Shown in pieces: positions 48,258 to 64,000 of a DNA stretch of 64,000 bases (the first letter of the stretch is position 1; the number at the start of each line of letters is the position of its first letter). Position numbers and translations under genes: made by a program. Source of the stretch: Eledone cirrhosa (Eukaryota); NCBI GenBank assembly GCA_964016885.1, contig OZ024751.1, forward strand, positions 372,001 to 436,000, written 5' to 3'. Under the pieces are notes generated by a model that saw only the letters and a list, made by a program, of their open reading frames with translations, was not told the origin of the DNA and did not search any database.

Positions 48258-49760
48258 GGATGGTTGTAAACCCAAAAGCTTTCCCTAGTAAGGAATGTAC
48301 CTCCCAACATAACTTAGTTGTCAGCGACCTCATTGTCAGAACTAGACAAACTTGGAAACAGAAGGAAACTTGGAGAAGAAAGATATGGAAGCTGAAAGAC
48401 CCCTCAGCCATTAACAGATTTAAAGATATCTTACTCGACGCCTATATTAGTAAAGAAGAACAAATAGAGACATTCAATGTAGAAGAGCACTGGGAGTTCC
48501 TAAAAAATAACTTACTAAAGGCAACAGACGAGATCTGTGGTTGGAGCAAGACCACAGGGAGGAGGAGAGTGACTTGGTGGTGGAACAATAAGGTAGATGA
48601 GGCAATTAAGGCTAATAGACAGGCATGGAAAGAATGGAAGAACGGGGGAAGTAGGGTACATTATATAGAGACCAGGAGGGAAGCTAAGCGACAAGTATAC
48701 TTAGCTAGAAGGGAAGCAGAGGATAGAAAATTCAAGCATGTTTTGCAACGTGAGGACCAGAAATAGGAGGTGTTCAGGATTGCGACACAGTGTGTTAGAG
48801 AGAATTGTGATGTCATTGGAGAGAAGTGTATCCGGAATGATAAAGGTGAGCTTGCCCTCACAAGTGCTGAGAAGAAAGATGCGTGGAAGACCCATTATGA
48901 AAGATTACTAAATGAGGAGAATGAATGGGAGAAAGAGACCCTACCCCAAGTGAACCCTATAGAGGGGCCAGCAGTACAAGTCAGCAGCAGCGTAGTAAGT
49001 AAGGCAATTAAAGATATGAAGACTGGAAAGGCAACCGGTCCATCGAGTATAGCTGCCAAGATGCTGAAAGCATCTGGGTCGGTAGGTCACACCATAACCA
49101 CACGTATTGTTAACCAGGTAATACTAGAGGGTGTCATACCAAAGGATTGGTGCAGCAGCAGCATTGTCAACTGCTACAAGGGTAAAGGTGATGCACTAGA
49201 TAGAGGAAACTAAAGAGGTATAAAGCTGATGGACCAGGTCATGAAAGTAACAAAAAGAGTTATAGCACAGTTGATTAGGGACCGGGTAAAACTAGGTGAG
49301 ATGCAATTTGGGTTCGTGCCAGGAAAAGGCACCACTGATGCCCTCTTCCTTGTGAGGCAGTTACAGGAAAAGTACCTAGCTAAAAGTAAGCCAACTTACC
49401 TGGCATTTGTCGATCTGGAAAAAGCCTTCGACAGAGTGCCTCGTTCTATAATCTGGTGGGCTCTTAAAAAACTAGGAGTAGATGAATGGCTTGTGAAAGC
49501 TGTACAAGCCATGTATAGGGTAGCAGTCAGGAAAGTTAGGGTTAACAATGACTATAGCGAGGAATTTAGCATACAGGTTGGTGTCCACCAGGGCTCTGTT
49601 CTTAGCCTTCTCCTGTTCATTATAGTGGAGGAGTTTAAGACTGGATGCTCATGGGAACTTCTGTATGTGGATGATCTTACACTTATAGCTGAATCTATGG
49701 CGGAACTAAAGAAGAAATTCCAAACATGGAAGCAGGGATTAGAAAGAAGGGGGCTCAAAC
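48258..49760 (+). mobile_element. Second RTE LINE, internal fragment (end of APE to RT), with stops
   Basis: ORFs 48260-48766, 48770-49213 and 49229 onward are colinear with ~43920-45440; YVDD motif. Confidence 0.92.
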
Positions 49761-50253
49761 TCTCCCAAACCACCACATACACCCACTCTACAACACACTC
49801 CCCCAAACCACCACCATGTACACCCACCCTACACCACACTCCCCCAAACCACCACCATGTACACTCACCCTACACCATCCTCCCCCAACCCCACCACCAC
49901 ATACACCCACCCTACACCACACTCCCCCAAACCACCACCACATACACCCACCCTACACCACACTCCCCCAAAACACCACCATGTACACCCACCCTACACC
50001 ACACTCCCCCAAACCACCACCATGTACACCCACCCTACACCACACTCCCCCAAACCACCACCATGTACACCCACCCTACACCACACTCCCCCAACCCCAC
50101 CACCACATACACCCACCCTACACCACACTCCCCCCCAAACCACCACCATGTACACTCACCCTACACCACACTCCCCCAACCCCACCACCACATACACCCA
50201 CCCTACACCACACTCCCCCCCAAACCACCACCATGTACACCCACCTCACCCTA
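49761..50253. repeat. ~41-43-bp C-rich minisatellite ACACCCACCCTACACCACACTCCCCCAAACCACCACCATGT
   Basis: About 11-12 tandem units replace the 3' part of the RTE. Confidence 0.92.
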
Positions 50254-50706
50254 TCAGTTTCCACTGATATCATAAATTGGTAGATAGGTAAGGGAGAGAG
50301 AAAGAAGTAGGGAGGCAGGAAAGTGATGGAAGAAATTTGCTCATCATCTGTTGCTATGACTACAAGCTATAGTAACTGCAGATGTAGGTAGTAGGTAGAT
50401 GATGCTGTTTCTTCATTTCAGATCTCCAAACAGATAGCAAATATTATCAACATCATTATCATCTTCATCATCATTTTATATTCGCTTTTCCATGCTTGCA
50501 TGGGTTGGACAAGTCTTCTCTAGTACAGCTTCCCTCCACTTGTCATCTAAATTAGAAAACTAATTTCTACGGCTTACATTTTCTATGAACTCCATAACTC
50601 GTCAAAGTTCGATGCTTTTCATACAACGTTGTTTACATTTAAAAGATGTACAAATTATTTTTCTAATTTGGATGGGGGATTGTTGTAAGAGGTCGTTTAG
50701 TTCAAT

Positions 50707-51165
50707 GGTTCGAGCTGGCAACTGACTTGGTAGACACCCACAGATTATTAACCATCTTCCCAACAACAACCTTGAACACCTTTTTAACTTCCATATGTCT
50801 AACACCCATGGACATGCTTACAAAATCAGAAAACAGTACAGCTACCATGACTTCCGGAAACATTTTTTTACGCTCAGAGTTGCTGAAGCATGGATCAAAC
50901 TACCTGCCTCAGTTGTTAGCTGTCGGGACACTGCATCTTTCAAAACTTCCATGCTTCCCAAAATTCGCCAACACTACACCTGATATTTCCCTGGCACACA
51001 CACACGTGTGTGTGTGTGTGTGTGTGTCTGTGTGTGTATCATGACTCACACACTGTTCACTTTGCTGACATTTGCACATCAATCTACATACTATACATGC
51101 ACCTTTGATGAGTTATAGTGCACCTCAACACTGTACACATTAATTTTCATTATTATTATTATTAT
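50707..51165 (+). mobile_element. CR1-group LINE 3' end with (ATT)n tail
   Basis: THGHAYKI...RKHFFTLRVAEAWIKLPASVV...SFK is a typical CR1 ORF2 C-terminus. Confidence 0.8.
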
Positions 51166-51626
51166 TGATTCCTTGAAACGGCTGCTGGCCACATTTATTC
51201 ATCCATAGGGATATTTTGCCCAATTTTCTAGGCTATTATTTGTGACAACCAACAGTGTTTGTGGTTATTTATCTATCAGAGTTTCTGGCATTTTCTATGA
51301 ACTTCATAACTCCTTAGCGCTTCGAAAGTCCAATGCGTTTACATACAATGTTGTATGATTTAATGTGAAAACTCGAATAGAGAGACATTATGTATATTTA
51401 GTTTGAATTACATTTTTTATCTATACGTAGTAGAATACTATAGATGCACAAAATACAAAGATACAAAGGTCAGTTGACCAAGATACTCTCATATATTATA
51501 TATGTCATTCACTATTTTGTAATGATTAAATGCTCAGATTTATTCCTTGAATTTTTTTTTAGCTTATTCTTAGGTGATAAGGCGCATGTTTGAAATTATC
51601 TCAAACATGACATGTAATTTTAAATG

Positions 51627-51687
<61 letters not shown>

Positions 51688-51688
<1 letters not shown>

Positions 51689-52001
51689 AGAAGTTATATT
51701 TAATTTGTTGGGATACAACAAGCAAATATTTTTATAACTGATATAAAGGACTCAACAAATTTTTGGAGTAAAAATACAATATATTAACAAATGGAAACTA
51801 TATTTATAAAACCATATATCGGGAGCTTCCAACCGACATGGTCACATTCTTTAAGGGTATGTCAATATTTGTTTATAAAACTGATCTATATTATATTTTA
51901 TCTGATGAAAGCGCACCATAATTTGCTTTGGTGTCCTTGAAATATGTATAATGAAATAAATATGGTTTTATAAATATAGTTTCCATTTGTTAATATATTG
52001 T
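51688..52001. mobile_element. Fold-back insert (arms ~51775-51817 / ~51959-52001) with hammerhead-like motif at 51897-51952 (+)
   Basis: ~43-bp inverted arms; CTGATGA-AAGcgCACCA...TGGTGtcCTT-GAAA-tatgta; stem I register is imperfect. Confidence 0.7.
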
Positions 52002-52014
52002 ATATATATATATA

Positions 52015-52319
52015 TATATTATTCAGAATATTAATAAATGAAGACATTCACATAATCAAAATATATGTCTTATTATATATATTTCGAAGGTACTGTGCTG
52101 TTTTTTTCAGTACGTCCTCGTCAGATAAAATACATGTAAAAACAGCACAGTACCTTCGAAATATATATAATAAAACATATATTTTGATTATGTGAATGTC
52201 TTCATTTATTAATATTCTGAATAATATTAATAACTCCAGAAAACTTCTTTGTAGAGTGCTTTTAATCTATTGTAAAACTATATTCATTGAGTAATCAATG
52301 AACCATATTAATCTTTGGT

Positions 52320-52323
<4 letters not shown>
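52015..52323. mobile_element. Fold-back insert (arms ~52015-52105 / ~52138-52227) plus ~95-nt tail in (TA)n
   Basis: ~90-bp near-perfect inverted arms. Confidence 0.85.
52070..52128 (-). ncRNA. Minimal type I hammerhead ribozyme
   Basis: Minus strand: TTAT-CTGACGA-ggacGTACTGaaaaaaacagcaCAGTACcttc-GAAA-TATATA-TA-ATAA. Confidence 0.82.
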
Positions 52324-52355
<32 letters not shown>

Positions 52356-52920
52356 AGTAAGACCATGAAACACACAAATCAAAACACAGATACACCCAGA
52401 ACAAACGCTAGTAATCATCAATACCCTATATGTAAATAATACACTCAGAAAATAAACGATAAACAAAACATCTAGTAGACAAGACCATTGGATTCTTAAA
52501 AACCAATCATGAACTAAATGTCTATATTAGAACTAAGACATCCCCCCACAATCCCTGCCATCTTCAGAATATTCCAACCCCTGACCTACTCTAAATATGA
52601 GTATATATAGGCTGCGGTACTGGGAACAAGAAGACCAGAAAACAAAGAAGTACTCTATACATGGTATGATGCAGAGTGGGTATATTAGTAAAAGTATGTG
52701 TGTGCTTGCATGTGTGTGTAGGGGTGTCTGTGTGTATGTGTGTGTGTGGGGGGGTGTATGTGTGTGTGCGTGCGGGTGTTTGTGTGTGCATGTGTGTGTG
52801 TGTGCAGGTGTTTGTGTGTGTTGATGCCACTGCCTTCTGTGATGTTCAGTCAAAAGTCGAGCAGGACAAGGCATCAGGTATCAGAAGGAGGGTCTATACT
52901 AAATTTGATATGTTCATCCA

Positions 52921-53073
52921 GCATAGAGTTACGTCCCTTTATGATCTGAGTTCAAATCACGCCGAGGTTAACTTTGCCTTTCATCCTTACGGGGGGGGGG
53001 GGTCGATAAAATAAAGTACCAGTAATGCACTGGGATAATTGCTGGCCTTGTGCTAAAAGTAGAAACAATTATT
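52921..53073 (+). mobile_element. SINE fragment, same family as 47618-47763
   Basis: Direct sequence similarity. Confidence 0.75.
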
Positions 53074-53333
53074 TATTTTGAGAACAATACCTTAACATCG
53101 GTATGAGTGGCTGGTTACAGTTACTTTGAACAGAAAGAATGAGAGAATTCTGGCTGGATACAGCTGGGTTAAATACCAAAGGGTTAAGCAAGGTACATGG
53201 CCTCAATAAAATGCACTCGATAGAGCATAAGAACTTATTTAAGCATGATGTAGACCTTCTGATGTACCTGAGCAATTATCTAAGTAAGATACATCCCTGG
53301 CCTTTCTGAGAGGTCTGTAGTTCCACTTGAGTA

Positions 53334-53490
53334 CTGACTTAGTCAGTGAAGACTCCTCTAATCCCTACTAACAGGGAAAACAGACATTAACCCTTTTGTT
53401 ACCAATCCAGCCTGACTTAGTCAGTGAAGACTCCTCTAATCCCTACTAACAGGGAAAACAGACATTAACCCTTTTGTTACCAATCCAGCC
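53334..53490. repeat. Perfect 78-bp tandem duplication
   Basis: 53334-53411 is repeated at 53412-53489. Confidence 0.92.
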
Positions 53491-54104
53491 AAAACTGGAT
53501 TTGATTCTATGAAATAAAATCACCTGTTTTAAAGTTTACCTCTTTAAATTAAAATCTTCCATTAAGTTACTATCTTGGTAATGAAATAATCAATAATTTT
53601 AGTAAATCCCTCAAAATTCTTCATTAACTAATTGAAATAGAGTGTATTTCATTATAAATTATGGAGGCCATGAAAGGATTGAACCAGAATGATGAGGATG
53701 AATACATACATACATATAATATATATACACATGTGTATGTATGTGTTTATGTGTGTGTGTGTGTGTGTGTGTGTGTATTATATAATTTAGTCTAAGACAG
53801 ATTGATATATTTAATAGGAAGAGGGAGAGATTAGTGGTGTACTAAGGTGGGGAGAGGAGGAGAAAAGAGAGATGGGTGTAGTACTTGGAGTAGAGAGAGG
53901 GAGTGACATATAGTGAGAGATAGATATGAATAAAGAAATAGAGAGAAAGTGGTATAGAGTGGTAGTAGCGAGTGGTGTAGAACTGTTGAGAGAGGGAGAG
54001 AGAGTAAGATATATATATATATAGAGAGAGAGAGGGGGGAGTAAGATATATATCTATCTATAGAGAGAGGGTGGGGGTAGAAAGATTAGCGGTGTAGTGT
54101 CAAG

Positions 54105-54308
54105 AAAGAGAGAGAGATAGTAAGAGAGAGAGAGATAGTAAGAGAGAGAGAGAGAGATAGTAAGAGAGAGAGATAATAAGAGAGAGAGAGATAGTAAGAA
54201 AGAGATATAGTAAGAGAGAGAGATAGTAAGAGAGAGAGAGAGATAGTAAGAGAGAGAGATAGTAAGAGAGAAGTGATTTAGAGCAGTAAAGAGAGAGAGA
54301 GAGAGAGA
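54105..54308. repeat. (GATAGTAAGAGAGAGA)n purine-rich array
   Basis: Seen directly. Confidence 0.9.
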
Positions 54309-55087
54309 AGTGCTATAGAGCATATCTATATTTGTACCTTATTTAAATAGAAGGTGGAAGAAAGAAAGAGTCAGAGTGAGAGGAGGAGGGGAGTGAACAG
54401 CTGCCAATGAGGAGACCTCTACGTGGTTACCCGGATTGCTAGAAATAGCAGCTAAATTTCCCTCAAATTGTACTGTCTTAGAAAAGGATATGTTAAATAA
54501 GATGGTTCTGGATTCCCTGTATATAAGGGAGGGGTTGAAACGGGATGGTCACGGACGGCTGGAATGTTTTTGTTAATAGGTCTGCTCAATCAAGACAGAC
54601 CTCAGTTGCTCGATCTGCTAGAGATAACAGTCAAATATCCTTCATATTACAGAGAAGCAGCCAAAGAATGGAAGAAAGGGAGAGGGAGGGAGACAGCCAT
54701 TCAGAAAGAGAGGGGGAGAGAGACGGGGGGGAGTCAGATATCCAGAGTGAGAGAGAGAGAGAGGCAGTCAGACATTCAGAGAGAGAGTGATATAGTATAG
54801 AGAGAGGAGTGAGATATAGTATAGAGAGAGGGGTAGAGATTAGAGAGAGAGAATGAGATATAGTATAGAGAGAGGGGTAGAGATTAGAGAGAGAGAATGA
54901 GATATAGTATAGAGAGAGGGGTAGAGATTAGAGAGAAAGATGAGGAGAAATTATACAGAGAGATATCTTGGCAATAAATGTTTATTTTCCAGAAATGCTA
55001 CAAACATGAAAACATCACAAAATTGTTGTTTTTTTACAGTACACCACAGGATAGATCACACAAACACACATACACACATATATATCA

Positions 55088-55310
55088 ACATCATCATCAT
55101 CACCTTTTAATGTCCATTTTTCCACACTAGCATGGGTTAGACAAGTTGTCAGAACTGATTTGGGCTTGGTTTCTACAGCTGGATGCCCTTCCTAATGCCA
55201 ATCTCATTTACAGTGAGGACTGGGTGCTTTTTGATGTGACACCTACATGACCACTTTACAGTGTGGGTTGGGTGATTTTTGACGTGACACCTACAATACC
55301 ACTTTACATG
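55088..55310 (-). mobile_element. 3' part of the RTE-tailed SINE family
   Basis: TTTCTACAGCTGGATGCCCTTCCTAA...CATTTACAGTGAG matches 47947-47994. Confidence 0.75.
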
Positions 55311-55323
55311 ATATATATATATT

Positions 55324-55699
55324 CTAGGGCGGGTAAAATTCCCGAGATCCATGGACGAGTTCTCTCCAGCGGTCTCTGTCCCTCATTATCGCTGCCATGT
55401 CCTGCGTCTCCAACAGACCAGTATCTGTCCTTAGGGCATCAACATACGTTAACCTTGGTCTTCCTGTTCTAGTGTGTCCATGTAGGGGCTCCCACAGGAG
55501 CACTGAGTGCAATGTCAACTCTGGATGTCGGTGAGCATGTCCAGCTAACCTCAGTCTCCTCTGTGTCACTTTTGAGCTGACTTTTGAGAGGCTCCCATAC
55601 AGCTCTGAGTTTTTCATCCTCAGTGTATACTGATTAATGTTCAGAGCCATCCTCAGCATTCTCGTGTAGCACCCATCCACCATTTGAGTGAGTTTCTTG
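55324..55699 (-). mobile_element. RTE/RTE-X-like LINE 3' end, cut by the assembly gap
   Basis: DGCYTRMLRMAL...RRLRLAGH...LLWEPLHG..GRPRLTYVD. Confidence 0.8.
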
Positions 55700-55899
55700 N
55701 NNNNNNNNNNNNNNNNNNNNNNNNNNNNNNNNNNNNNNNNNNNNNNNNNNNNNNNNNNNNNNNNNNNNNNNNNNNNNNNNNNNNNNNNNNNNNNNNNNNN
55801 NNNNNNNNNNNNNNNNNNNNNNNNNNNNNNNNNNNNNNNNNNNNNNNNNNNNNNNNNNNNNNNNNNNNNNNNNNNNNNNNNNNNNNNNNNNNNNNNNNN
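55700..55899. other. Assembly gap (200 N)
   Basis: Run of N. Confidence 1.

Positions 55900-64000
<8,101 letters not shown>

Noticed and set aside
49761-50253. Common origin with the 29-bp satellite (CCCTAC...CACACT)
   Set aside because: Similarity is short and explainable by base composition.
52545-52575. CTGAAGA on the minus strand as another hammerhead
   Set aside because: No properly placed GAAA or stems found. CTGATGA at 19232 also lacks them.

Overview
Repeat-dense eukaryotic (animal) DNA with no recognisable host gene. The SINE/LINE content and extreme (TA)n richness suggest a mollusc, probably a cephalopod (inference, not verified). Layout: (1) 1-18.7 kb is a G-rich 29-bp satellite with higher-order structure. 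(2) 18.8-39 kb is a cluster of Penelope-like retroelements (PLEs) inserted in (TA)n tracts. It includes one apparently intact element (RT + GIY-YIG ORF, two seemingly identical ~420-bp pLTRs, ~3.5-kb microsatellite-like 3' region) and two degraded Neptune-like copies. (3) 39-55.7 kb holds minisatellites, a near-full-length RTE LINE with a PHD-type zinc finger, further RTE/CR1 fragments and tRNA-derived SINEs. (4) A 200-N gap is followed by >8 kb of (TA)n/(TACA) satellite with polarity switches. The most notable signal, read by eye, is a set of small fold-back inserts with a shared architecture, (TA)n - arm - inverted arm - unpaired tail - (TA)n. Most carry a type I hammerhead ribozyme (HHR) motif from a different family, including one with a ~116-nt stem II and one with a variant catalytic core. 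All RNA structures are manual predictions; no folding or database search was run.
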